From the IMG/VR virus record IMGVR_UViG_3300042568_000222: a DNA stretch of 20,000 bases, one strand, 5' to 3'. The notes under the pieces are model-generated. The model made no database searches. It had not been told where the DNA came from and saw only the letters and a program-made list of their open reading frames with translations. This document shows, one piece after another, positions 10,301 through 17,118 of this stretch; within the stretch, counting starts at the first letter, position 1; the number at the start of each line of letters is the position of its first letter. The stretch comes from an uncultured virus (IMG/VR IMGVR_UViG_3300042568_000222). Its lineage: Duplodnaviria > Heunggongvirae > Uroviricota > Caudoviricetes > Crassvirales. Both the position numbers and the translations under genes were made by a program.

Positions 10301-10755
10301 CATACCAAAGAACACAGCTTTACAAATCTATTCAAATAGCTATAAATAATGGTCAAACACAAATTGCTTATCCCACTAAAGAAACGGCTACCATTATTCA
10401 GGGATACAAAACTCAAGAAGATTGGCGCGATGAACTCGACTTTGACGAAAGAATAAGAAAGGCTTCTACCCCAGTATATCACCTAAAAAGCAAAGACAAT
10501 ACGTTTGATGAAGTAGAAAGCGCCTCTCGTGAAAACATAAGAGAGCGTTATGAAACTCAAGCTAGATTTGCTGCTAAAGAATTAAATGTCACGTTAAGGA
10601 AAGAAAGAATGAGGGGGTACTACTATTACGTATTTGACATCCCAGAGAAATTCTTGAAGAGAGAAGCTGAGATGCCTACGTTTGAAAAGGGTGGTAAGTT
10701 TAAAATAAATAAGATTGTACCCAAGAAGTTCCTTAGGGCCATGAAGAAAAAATAA
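7363..10755 (+). CDS. Large hypothetical phage protein, probably virion/ejected; mosaic composition
   Basis: 1130-aa ORF coupled by ATGA to the protease. GGGGPP linker near residue 216. The C-terminal H...GHIRV...LQVHESQSDLFQ.G motif resembles the 'E.QSD' domain recalled from large phage virion proteins. Ends with FEKGG and a basic tail. Confidence 0.65.
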   Translation: MRPRKRYKVGYNEQIKDNAKSAYLIKESLNKGTLKPPSDAMVDPSGNPYVFALPAAIVGEEYTRDEQGRITFSSPLQRSNYFYNRNLGEEGISQAREMEASVREGTTNAVQGALQAYAAFSEPLGYLQKALVTAPLAQAMGKLDEVNLNPVAMLSGQDPGISSPSEALGIENPIGAFAVDALTDPLNFAGAGLLSAIRKQRMKGADIPFDLPEGVGGGGPPRNLPSGDGGTPKKKPNRYLPAPLGDNAFVPKSLMDQGILAKQARPDGTLPASAFANTMNSDNLSAGDKTYIRRALELTPEAVNNKGDVNLDLLRVAVHNLYNPKVTTTEKFANYNIEAIRSPERGSITFDGLEAVDTNDADQVLVELKNSGINIDEDVYDNVVYPLTRWGNKNLVFGDDLTGNKLKPLSDYIDPFSLVEKTTSHMMESVFSKPLTDKNGRKLPDNLQTTLGPFIKFEYGEFVPNFSGNYESEIFPILSEVADHEQKKVIINEFAKSANDMSYITERISEYDPEEFSQVISQLDEDLFSPENSQSLKEAVIESHPILSITENLDFDFDNAFLGRLILKKLEDIDNPGSRANFRKLFDDDDINYEDIPNAYLKEESYNFGNFLNFLMDDQSDSKETKVFNAKQNAINSSRSRLETAISRLNDYYYGLDHIQKLRTELGRQVEGLSTNAYLPGGVKKEIISFLLGTSSNPFDQDNLITLDINSEQIKYYENPLAYFTLEKRPIEHIAEYLTARNGRNIMNDNDVYSFIDFLSKLGLKIPDGLEDLHFQIANEVKNVAITLSNIERYFENSMLGLNELFLASSNNSFLNAEVSPTKLSKSLNYITYMSETAKALKNVKQRKLSQRNKALQSLVEKGKDPSKINVGRTVFLLSANSMLTESGFRGPKQSDVFNDELQMFMHEGTHWKGTESPEAWGHIRVNVDLEYPEVLQVHESQSDLFQTGKRYVEMGINRPRSEFNEFEAPFLKQLKDVETYQRTQLYKSIQIAINNGQTQIAYPTKETATIIQGYKTQEDWRDELDFDERIRKASTPVYHLKSKDNTFDEVESASRENIRERYETQARFAAKELNVTLRKERMRGYYYYVFDIPEKFLKREAEMPTFEKGGKFKINKIVPKKFLRAMKKK

Positions 10756-10780
10756 AGGGGAGCCGCCGTTGCGGCCCCCC
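10747..10780 (-). terminator. Rho-independent terminator (minus strand)
   Basis: Minus strand reads GGGGGGCCGC-AACG-GCGGCTCCCC-TTTATTTTTT: a 10-bp stem with one G-U pair, then a U tract. On + the same pair is an A-C mismatch, which favours the minus orientation. Confidence 0.8.
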
Positions 10781-10825
10781 TCCTTTGATATCAACAAACA
10801 ACAAACTAGAACGCTATCGTCTAGC
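10750..10825 (-). ncRNA. Candidate ~75-nt phage small RNA
   Basis: Lies between a consensus Bacteroidota promoter (10830-10860, minus) and a minus-strand terminator, and contains no ATG. Ends are approximate. Confidence 0.55.
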
Positions 10826-10829
10826 GATA

Positions 10830-10860
10830 CAAAGATACAGAACACTAACCGCTGCACAAA
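10830..10860 (-). promoter_or_regulatory. Bacteroidota primary-sigma promoter (-33/-7)
   Basis: Minus strand TTTG-tgcagcggttagtgttctg(19 nt)-TATCTTTG, an exact match to TTTG-N19-21-TAnnTTTG. Confidence 0.75.
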
Positions 10861-10879
10861 CCGTTTTATCCACATAAAT

Positions 10880-11029
10880 ATGAAGCTGATCAAGAGAAAG
10901 GATGGGTCGTACTCCAAGAGGGGCCTGTGGGACAACATACGAGCCAACAGAGGATCTGGGAAGGAACCTACGGCAGCGATGCTCAAGCAGGAGCGTAAGA
11001 TCAAGAAGGCAGAAAAGAAAAGGGGCTAA
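10880..11029 (+). CDS. Small basic phage protein (49 aa, GLWDNIRA motif)
   Basis: ATG at 10880 in an A-rich context (cacataaatATG) is a better start than the TTG at 10769, which lies within the hairpin. Sequence MKLIKRKDGSYSKRGLWDNIRANRGSGKEPTAAMLKQERKIKKAEKKRG. Confidence 0.7.
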   Translation: MKLIKRKDGSYSKRGLWDNIRANRGSGKEPTAAMLKQERKIKKAEKKRG

Positions 11030-11037
11030 CGCCCCTT
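11011..11037 (-). terminator. Rho-independent terminator downstream of nrdJ (possibly bidirectional)
   Basis: Minus strand AAGGGGC-GTTA-GCCCCTT-TTCTTTTCT; overlaps the stop of the convergent 49-aa gene. Confidence 0.7.
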
Positions 11038-11082
11038 CTCCAAAGTGATATAGCTGGCTTACCCAGCATTCTGATATCGGCT

Positions 11083-12978
11083 TCATCTCACTGGACAAGC
11101 GCCTGAGTCACAATCTGTGATGTCAACATCGTCGAATTTGATACCATCAATTGATACCAACGGACTTACCATCTCAGACATCCTGTTGTATTCTTCTTCC
11201 GTGATTTCTTCCAACGGGGCCTGATCGAACCCATGGTCGTTATGAAGCAAGAAGGAAACTGTCTTGACGTTGGGGTAGTTGTTAACCAGCCACGCCTTGA
11301 TTTCATCCAACTCTTCCAGTCTGTAGTAGATGGTTACAGACACTGCGTTATCTGACCACTCTTTCTGCAAACGCTTGATAACCTCAAGCTGATCCACAGC
11401 GGTCATGTCCTTTGCCAGCTTGGTCCCATCTGGGAACTTACATGGGAAGCTTACTACCTCTGTGCTGTGGTCCTCCGTGCCGTCGAAGTTGCGTACAAAC
11501 TCTACTGGATAACCAGCGTCCTTTGCTGCTCTAACAAGAGGGCTATTTGAGGCCATCCTAACTCTTCTGATGTAGAATTGGCTATAGGCAGGATGTGCGC
11601 CTGGTGTAACGCCAGCGAGAAGACTAAGTGTTCCAGATGGCTTAACCGTGGTGAGCTTAATGCTTCTATTGAATCCAATAATGTTAGAGTATTCTTCATC
11701 GTATGCTCTGATGTATACATAGCAATCGCTCAACCATGAACGCTGCTCTTCTGTGGCCTGAAGATAACCAGTAACCCCAATGCCCATGCGCATATTCTCA
11801 TGCACAATCTGCTCTGTTTCTTCTACGGCACATTTGATTGCCAGGCTGTGCTTGTTGATTCGGTACAGGTATCTGACTACCTTCTTCAGTTCTGCGTATG
11901 ATGTGATGTTCGGGAGGTATACCTCTGCGAGGCAGCACGTCTCAAAGTTTGCAAGGCTCTGCTCTGCACACGGGTTAAACCCTTGAACGTCTTGGTCAGG
12001 GTATTGGGTCTCACCTGTACGCCCCATCCGACGCGCGGCATCCAAGTTAATCAACCCATATGGCTCTCCGTTGCCCTTGTAGCCCTCCCAGAACTCTTCT
12101 GGCAGGTCATTGATGTTGGAGCACACTACGCTGTTGTTAGACATGGCTCTCCAGTTCGGGATGTTGCCAAGGTCCCAACGCTTTGCACGCAGGTAATCGA
12201 TGTCGTCAGCATCTCCGATAGCAATCTGTGCAGAGCGCCTTACGTTACCAGCCACCACGATTCTGCCAATGATGTTCATGATGTCTAGGCAGTCTGTAGG
12301 AGTCAGGTACTCACCATTCTTTCCGTTCAGCAGCTTGTTAATTTCCATCATGCCCCACACGAGGTCCTCTGGGCCACTGGCCACACCCCCGAATCCTTTG
12401 ATAGGAGAGCCTTTAGAGCGAATCAAATGCGTAGCGAAGGTGAACCCCTTACCAGTAACAAACGAAGCCTCCAGCACCTTCTTAAGCAGCTGAACCCACC
12501 CTTCTCTGCTGTCGGGGACAATGAAGTCAGCATCGTTTTGATCTACACGCTTAATCTCTACGTTCTCGTATGGGTTTGCCAAGTATTTTACGTTGTGTCT
12601 CTGGATGTTGAATCCAACCCCACTACCCAGCATAAGCATCTCAAATGCCCACGTAAAAGGACGGATCTCTTCGTCTACCACTACGAAGGCGCAGTTCTGC
12701 AAGGAAGGGAGTCCAAGCTTGTCTACGGTCTCTGTGCCAAGCTGCCACAGGAACCTCCCAGCTACAGTTCCTTTGAGGCTGAGCATGATGTCACGAACAT
12801 CTTGCTTCTCTGCTTCATTGAAATCACATCCAAGCTGATCGTTGCAAGCATTTACCACGCGTTCAACGGTCTCATGCCATTCTTCTGTTCTGTTGTCAAT
12901 GGCTCTGGCGTAGGTTCTTTTGAAGACGGGGTAACCTACTTCCCCCCACGGAATCGTGGACGAATTAACAGTGTTCAT
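11083..12978 (-). CDS. nrdJ: Class II (adenosylcobalamin-dependent) ribonucleotide reductase, monomeric RTPR type
   Basis: AGRFLW, LQNCAF, VAGNVRRSA, catalytic GFNPCAE, CCLAE, TTVKPSGTLS and C-terminal redox pair CDSGACPVR. Confidence 0.95.
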   Translation of the reverse strand: MNTVNSSTIPWGEVGYPVFKRTYARAIDNRTEEWHETVERVVNACNDQLGCDFNEAEKQDVRDIMLSLKGTVAGRFLWQLGTETVDKLGLPSLQNCAFVVVDEEIRPFTWAFEMLMLGSGVGFNIQRHNVKYLANPYENVEIKRVDQNDADFIVPDSREGWVQLLKKVLEASFVTGKGFTFATHLIRSKGSPIKGFGGVASGPEDLVWGMMEINKLLNGKNGEYLTPTDCLDIMNIIGRIVVAGNVRRSAQIAIGDADDIDYLRAKRWDLGNIPNWRAMSNNSVVCSNINDLPEEFWEGYKGNGEPYGLINLDAARRMGRTGETQYPDQDVQGFNPCAEQSLANFETCCLAEVYLPNITSYAELKKVVRYLYRINKHSLAIKCAVEETEQIVHENMRMGIGVTGYLQATEEQRSWLSDCYVYIRAYDEEYSNIIGFNRSIKLTTVKPSGTLSLLAGVTPGAHPAYSQFYIRRVRMASNSPLVRAAKDAGYPVEFVRNFDGTEDHSTEVVSFPCKFPDGTKLAKDMTAVDQLEVIKRLQKEWSDNAVSVTIYYRLEELDEIKAWLVNNYPNVKTVSFLLHNDHGFDQAPLEEITEEEYNRMSEMVSPLVSIDGIKFDDVDITDCDSGACPVR

Positions 12979-13003
12979 AAGTAATTTATTTTTGGAAAGA
13001 CCG

Positions 13004-13011
13004 CGAAGATA
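13004..13011 (-). promoter_or_regulatory. Possible -7 promoter element for nrdJ
   Basis: TATCTTCG (one mismatch to TAnnTTTG), 25 nt upstream of the ATG and followed by an A-rich leader. The nearest upstream TTTG is 23 nt away, which is non-optimal. Confidence 0.45.
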
Positions 13012-13012
13012 A

Positions 13013-13513
13013 TCAGAAATCTACAGCGTATCCCCAAACTCTGAAGGTTTCTAAACCCCTCAAATCGTGTAAGTTGATGTAAGAGATTACATCCTTCCTA
13101 CCAGACCTAGTGTACTTTTTCTTGTACGCGTCATCTCTTTTCTGAACGAATACATCCTGTACGTTATTTAGGCTGTATTCTAGCAGGTCGAGTCGGTCTA
13201 CTATGGCGAAGCCACATAGTTCTGGGATGTCTATGGCAATGATCTTTGCATCCCCATAAATCCATCCCTTATTGCCAATCACGTTGGTGAATTCAACCCA
13301 TATGAGGTTGACGTTCATGTTTTCCTTCACATCCACTCCCCAAGGGCCTTTGCCTTGGTAGGTGATCCAAACGTCAATGTGTCGATTAACATCATCCTGT
13401 ATGCTTGCTGGGAGTGTCTCAAACCCCAATGCAAGACAACTGTTTATGAATCGGTTTTGGCTTGCGAAAGACCTATTATACCCCTGCTTTACCTTGTGTC
13501 TCCAGGTACTCAT
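13013..13513 (-). CDS. Putative PD-(D/E)XK-fold nuclease
   Basis: DDVNRHID...GVDVK and IWVEF.NV.G.KGW.YG motifs, a pattern common in aquatic phage restriction-fold proteins. Confidence 0.55.
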   Translation of the reverse strand: MSTWRHKVKQGYNRSFASQNRFINSCLALGFETLPASIQDDVNRHIDVWITYQGKGPWGVDVKENMNVNLIWVEFTNVIGNKGWIYGDAKIIAIDIPELCGFAIVDRLDLLEYSLNNVQDVFVQKRDDAYKKKYTRSGRKDVISYINLHDLRGLETFRVWGYAVDF

Positions 13514-13706
13514 TCAGGGCTTCTTTAATTAAATCAGTTTCTATAGCCACAGAGGACTTGAACCTCTTGACGCTTTCAAGAACCTTGTCCTTTTCAATAT
13601 TTGCGCTCCCGTTTATTTCATGAAGTTTCTCGTATAGTTCCTCCGCTTCATCGCAGATCCTAGACGTAGACAAGAAATACATACTAGATAACCTAAATCT
13701 GTCCAT
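13476..13706 (-). CDS. Hypothetical protein (76 aa)
   Basis: Fills the gap between the two nuclease genes with short overlaps; helical, protein-like composition. Confidence 0.65.
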   Translation of the reverse strand: MDRFRLSSMYFLSTSRICDEAEELYEKLHEINGSANIEKDKVLESVKRFKSSVAIETDLIKEALNEYLETQGKAGV

Positions 13707-14181
13707 TTTTAATCAAATCCTTTATAATATTCAAACACTCGTCTACTTGAAACTTATTCTTTGGGATAAATAACGCTGGAAGCGGTTTGTTTTCTTTGTA
13801 AAGGTAATTTAAGAACAGCTTCCATCTAAGTGGAAACGTGTGCTGTGAAGGTGTATACCCTTTGGTTTCAATGATCCAGTTGTGGTCCCTTCCTACAAAG
13901 TCTGGGGTATACTTAATCGGCAAGACCGCATTCCCAGTTTTGTTAAGCAGTTCCTTCCCCTTGGGGGTCATCTTCCAGTATTCACCCTCGTAATTGAACC
14001 CTTCTTGAAGCGTAAACTCTGCTTCCTCGTAGGCAAAACTTATCCCCAATTCAGACAACCTGTCAGCGCAGTATTTCTCTAGGGAGGATTTGTATCTGCC
14101 GAGTTCTCTTTTGCGTGCTGTCGCTCGTGCTGGGGTTTGGGACCCCGCACGTTGCTTCGCACGATTGCTGTGCCTTGGCAT
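13693..14181 (-). CDS. T7 endonuclease I-like Holliday junction resolvase
   Basis: YKSSLE...L..LGI.F.YE, YTPDF and IIETKG motifs. Confidence 0.8.
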   Translation of the reverse strand: MPRHSNRAKQRAGSQTPARATARKRELGRYKSSLEKYCADRLSELGISFAYEEAEFTLQEGFNYEGEYWKMTPKGKELLNKTGNAVLPIKYTPDFVGRDHNWIIETKGYTPSQHTFPLRWKLFLNYLYKENKPLPALFIPKNKFQVDECLNIIKDLIKNGQI

Positions 14182-14185
14182 TGGG

Positions 14186-14217
14186 CAAAGTTACAGACTT
14201 TTTCGTTGAAAGTCAAA
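14186..14217 (-). promoter_or_regulatory. Bacteroidota primary-sigma promoter, probably leaderless transcript
   Basis: TTTG-actttcaacgaaaaagtctg(20 nt)-TAACTTTG-ccca-ATG; fills the whole intergenic gap. Confidence 0.75.
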
Positions 14218-16002
14218 TTATATATTTCTGTCGAACTCACGATACACATCGAACTGATTTGTAATGGGTTGGAATAGTCCACCTAAAGTATTGCTTGAGG
14301 CAAAACCAGTCATTGTGGAGTTTATGTGGAACAATAGCGGCTCATCGATGGGTGTAGGCTGTCCTCCAGTTTTCACTTCACGCACCTTACGTACATGAAT
14401 CTCAGTGCTTTTGCGTATCGCAGGGTCGGGAGATTGGATCTTTCTGTGAATGGTCAGGAACCCGTCTGCACGGTTAACAAACTTTCCACCACCCTCTGTG
14501 TCTTCTGCGTAAGGAGCTACAGGAAGGCCGTCATCTCCCTTCCTACGTTGGGCTTCTGTAACAGCGTGCATATTGAGCCATACAGCCACGTTGTGGGCCT
14601 TGCTGAACGTAAGAAACTCAGAAGCAGCTTCGTAGTGGTAGTCGTGAACCCCGATGCTGTTTGATTTCATAGAAATCTTCAAGCTATTGTAGGGATCAAT
14701 AAAAACTGCATCCACCTTGTCGTAGCGCATAGTCTTCTCCATGAACATGATCAAGTCGCCATAGGAGTACGTCTCGTTGTTCTTGATGATAGTGAAATGC
14801 TCGTTGACGTACTTGTAGGCAGTCTTCCTTTGGTCGTAGTTCATGTCAATCAGTTTCCGCTGCGTACAGAACTCCATCAGCGTCCCCTTGAGTGACCACG
14901 TGCTGTTCTCGCTGCTGTACACGAGCCACTTCCAATTGTGACGGATGGCAGCGTTCACCATCAGGTATAATACCATCGTAGTCTTACCTACGTTGCTGTG
15001 ACCATTGAAGATGACGAACTCGTTCTTGTACCTGAAGTACTCGTCCATCCTGATATCACCTGTATCCAATCCAATTTTAATCTTCCCCTCTGCAAACTCA
15101 TTGATCAGGTGGAAGTCGTTGTTGTCGCTACTGATGAATGACATATCCCCATCGTTGATTCGCATCTCACGTTCAATAGAACGCTCGTCGCTAACCAATT
15201 CGTGGATCGGTGTAGTCCTGCCATATTCGATGCCTTGGCGTATCGTGTCAAGGGCTGTGCTTTCAGAATCTACATCCCGTTTCTGTATCTCACGGAACAA
15301 GACCCTGACCACCTCGTCTTCTTCCATCCTCCCCACGCCTACGTAACCGCCACATAGCTTGGCTGCCTTTAATAGCGTGTGGTGCTTCTGCCCATCTTCT
15401 GCCTGGCGGATCATCTTCGCTGCCAGGTTCAGCTTCATGTAGTCGGTGTATATCTCCGTAGAGGTAACCGCCTGTTCTGTTACGGAACCAGCAAGACCAC
15501 CATACAAAGTACTTCCTTCGTTGATGACGATGTTTGGGTCGTACGATTCAAAGCAAGCCCGTGATTCATTGATCCCAGTCTCGTCTACGTACAACCCGTA
15601 AGTCACATCGAAATACTTCTTCAATGACCTGAAGTGATCCCTGTGGCGCTCTGGGTTGGTAATCTTCACCAGCACCTTGAGTCCATTGCCCGAAGGGGAT
15701 ACCCAACACGAATAGACGTACTGATCCGTAGCTAGGATGTCCTTGGATTGGGACACGTCAATCTTGTCAAAGTCAAGTACGATGTATCCGCTGTGTTCCA
15801 CCATGGCATCGTCTTCACGAGAAGTAAATTCTCCGCTAAACAATACCACTGGGAGCAGCATCTTATCGTTCTTCTCACCTTCACGCACCCTCTCCACCGT
15901 CTCCCTGCTCGTACCATCCTTGATACGCTTCAGGGCAGTCTCCATCCATATGGTATGGGGCTGCGAGGTGGAGTAGATGTTCTTGAATATCGTGACCTTC
16001 AT
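14218..16002 (-). CDS. Primase-helicase: BT4734/VirE_N-like AEP primase, PriCT-like linker and SF4 (DnaB-like) helicase
   Basis: LPVVLFSGEF..R, HSGYIVLDFD, WVSPSGNGLK and SRACFESYDP (BT4734-like). Walker A GHSNVGKT and Walker B VFIDPYN. Start placed at the ATG at 16002 (ATGA overlap with the upstream gene). Confidence 0.85.
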   Translation of the reverse strand: MKVTIFKNIYSTSQPHTIWMETALKRIKDGTSRETVERVREGEKNDKMLLPVVLFSGEFTSREDDAMVEHSGYIVLDFDKIDVSQSKDILATDQYVYSCWVSPSGNGLKVLVKITNPERHRDHFRSLKKYFDVTYGLYVDETGINESRACFESYDPNIVINEGSTLYGGLAGSVTEQAVTSTEIYTDYMKLNLAAKMIRQAEDGQKHHTLLKAAKLCGGYVGVGRMEEDEVVRVLFREIQKRDVDSESTALDTIRQGIEYGRTTPIHELVSDERSIEREMRINDGDMSFISSDNNDFHLINEFAEGKIKIGLDTGDIRMDEYFRYKNEFVIFNGHSNVGKTTMVLYLMVNAAIRHNWKWLVYSSENSTWSLKGTLMEFCTQRKLIDMNYDQRKTAYKYVNEHFTIIKNNETYSYGDLIMFMEKTMRYDKVDAVFIDPYNSLKISMKSNSIGVHDYHYEAASEFLTFSKAHNVAVWLNMHAVTEAQRRKGDDGLPVAPYAEDTEGGGKFVNRADGFLTIHRKIQSPDPAIRKSTEIHVRKVREVKTGGQPTPIDEPLLFHINSTMTGFASSNTLGGLFQPITNQFDVYREFDRNI

Positions 16003-16229
16003 TTCCTGTACTTTTTTGCCATGTCTAAATACCACTTAGCCTTTTCAAGATCCCTTTCTACAGGCTCGTTCGGCTTGCTTCCCAAACGGATCTTGTACTT
16101 GAATGCATTCATCTCACAGAATGCCACAAACTTCTCTTCCCCCCATATGTCAAGCATCATCTCCCACGCTTCCTTGGAGAAGTCGTTGTAGTGATCTGGG
16201 CTGTTTACGTATTCGTAGGTTTTTTCCAT
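15999..16229 (-). CDS. DUF3310 family protein
   Basis: VNSPDHY...FCEMNAFKY..R.G.K....DLEKAKWYL signature. Confidence 0.9.
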   Translation of the reverse strand: MEKTYEYVNSPDHYNDFSKEAWEMMLDIWGEEKFVAFCEMNAFKYKIRLGSKPNEPVERDLEKAKWYLDMAKKYRK

Positions 16230-16462
16230 AACAGTTTGCTGTTTACGATATCATTGATAATCAGTTTCTTCTCTCCTTTGTGTGTCTTTGGATAGCATTG
16301 CGAAAGCATCCTTGACATAGCCAATGGGTCATCTAGGATGTCCAAGATGTCGTTTGAACGCGAAACGCACCACACCTCCTTCTTGGAGTATTGTCCCTTG
16401 GCCGATCTCTTGTACGAAACTATTAGTTCGTTGTAGTAGAGTGTGGTTGCTCGATCCTCCAT
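16205..16462 (-). CDS. Hypothetical protein (85 aa)
   Basis: Tiles the operon with short overlaps; no recognisable motif. Confidence 0.6.
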   Translation of the reverse strand: MEDRATTLYYNELIVSYKRSAKGQYSKKEVWCVSRSNDILDILDDPLAMSRMLSQCYPKTHKGEKKLIINDIVNSKLLWKKPTNT

Positions 16463-16764
16463 TTCCTTTTGATTAAAGGTGCTAGTTCCTCAAATGTCAT
16501 GGTCTTGCCACGGCAATCGTTTCCAAGCATCAAGACGCAGTTGTCTCCGCTTTTGTTCGGTATGAATACGATGTAGTATTCTTCTTCGCTGTCGGGGATG
16601 TCAAGAGAGTAGTTGTTGTGATCCTGTCCATGAACGTAGAAGGTCATCTTCTTCCCGTCCTTCCCCACCCGAAACGAATGGGGGCCAAGGAACTCTATGT
16701 CCCTCAACCCCCACTCCAATACAGCGTATAGACCGAAGAACTTAGAAAGGGAGGTCTGATTCAC
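16423..16764 (-). CDS. Hypothetical protein (113 aa)
   Basis: Tiles the operon; protein-like composition; no recognisable motif. Confidence 0.6.
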   Translation of the reverse strand: MNQTSLSKFFGLYAVLEWGLRDIEFLGPHSFRVGKDGKKMTFYVHGQDHNNYSLDIPDSEEEYYIVFIPNKSGDNCVLMLGNDCRGKTMTFEELAPLIKRKWRIEQPHSTTTN

Positions 16765-17041
16765 CCTTCTTCTTCTCTACTCGTGCCTTCGATTCAGCCG
16801 CACCTGCGCTGCTGGGATTGTAGACCGAGCAGTACGGCTTGCCGTTCTTGCTGATTCGCATGGTGAGGAAGACGTTTCCGCCCTTACCATCCGCTTGTTT
16901 CGCGGTAACATAGGAGTCAAGGATTTCCTTGATCTCGTGATCTTTGAATCGCACTTTCCACGATTCGATTTGGCCTTCAGCATTAAACCTAGGCTCTTCT
17001 GCGTACCCCATGAGGACGCTGTCGTACTTCTTGTCAGACAT
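16742..17041 (-). CDS. Putative single-stranded DNA-binding protein
   Basis: Small beta-rich protein with a flexible tail ending ESDLPF (Bacteroidota-style SSB tail), next to the exonuclease and ERF genes. Confidence 0.55.
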   Translation of the reverse strand: MSDKKYDSVLMGYAEEPRFNAEGQIESWKVRFKDHEIKEILDSYVTAKQADGKGGNVFLTMRISKNGKPYCSVYNPSSAGAAESKARVEKKKGESDLPF

Positions 17042-17043
17042 GA

Positions 17044-17118
17044 TTAAAAATTAAAGAGGAAGTAATGAATTGCTACGAGTACGATCCCTGCTACAAGGAT
17101 CAGGTATTGGATTTTCAT
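17044..17118 (-). CDS. Unannotated 24-aa hydrophobic microprotein
   Basis: MKIQYLILVAGIVLVAIHYFLFNF*. The ATG overlaps the exonuclease stop (ATGA) and the stop lies 2 nt before the SSB-like start. Confidence 0.6.
   Translation of the reverse strand: MKIQYLILVAGIVLVAIHYFLFNF

Noticed and set aside
23..10482. Numerous minus-strand ORFs within the large + genes, and + ORFs within the minus-strand module
   Set aside because: Antisense shadows of well-supported genes, with no motifs or start contexts.
10750..10830. tRNA at the module junction
   Set aside because: The size is similar but there is no cloverleaf, T-loop (TTCGA) or CCA end.
10769..10879. N-terminal extension of the small basic protein (86-aa call)
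   Set aside because: The TTG start lies inside the terminator hairpin and the extension spans the opposite-strand promoter; the ATG at 10880 is better.
10814..11098. Minus-strand 94-aa ORF, including an ATGA-coupled start after nrdJ (MKPISECW...)
   Set aside because: It runs through a terminator and antisense to the more convincing 49-aa gene, and its composition is not protein-like.
11083..16002. Intein or intron in nrdJ or the helicase
   Set aside because: Lengths are ordinary, the motifs are contiguous, and no splice or homing-endonuclease motifs were seen.
16003..16035. Longer primase-helicase start (605 aa)
   Set aside because: It overlaps the DUF3310 C-terminus; the ATGA-coupled start at 16002 is more plausible.
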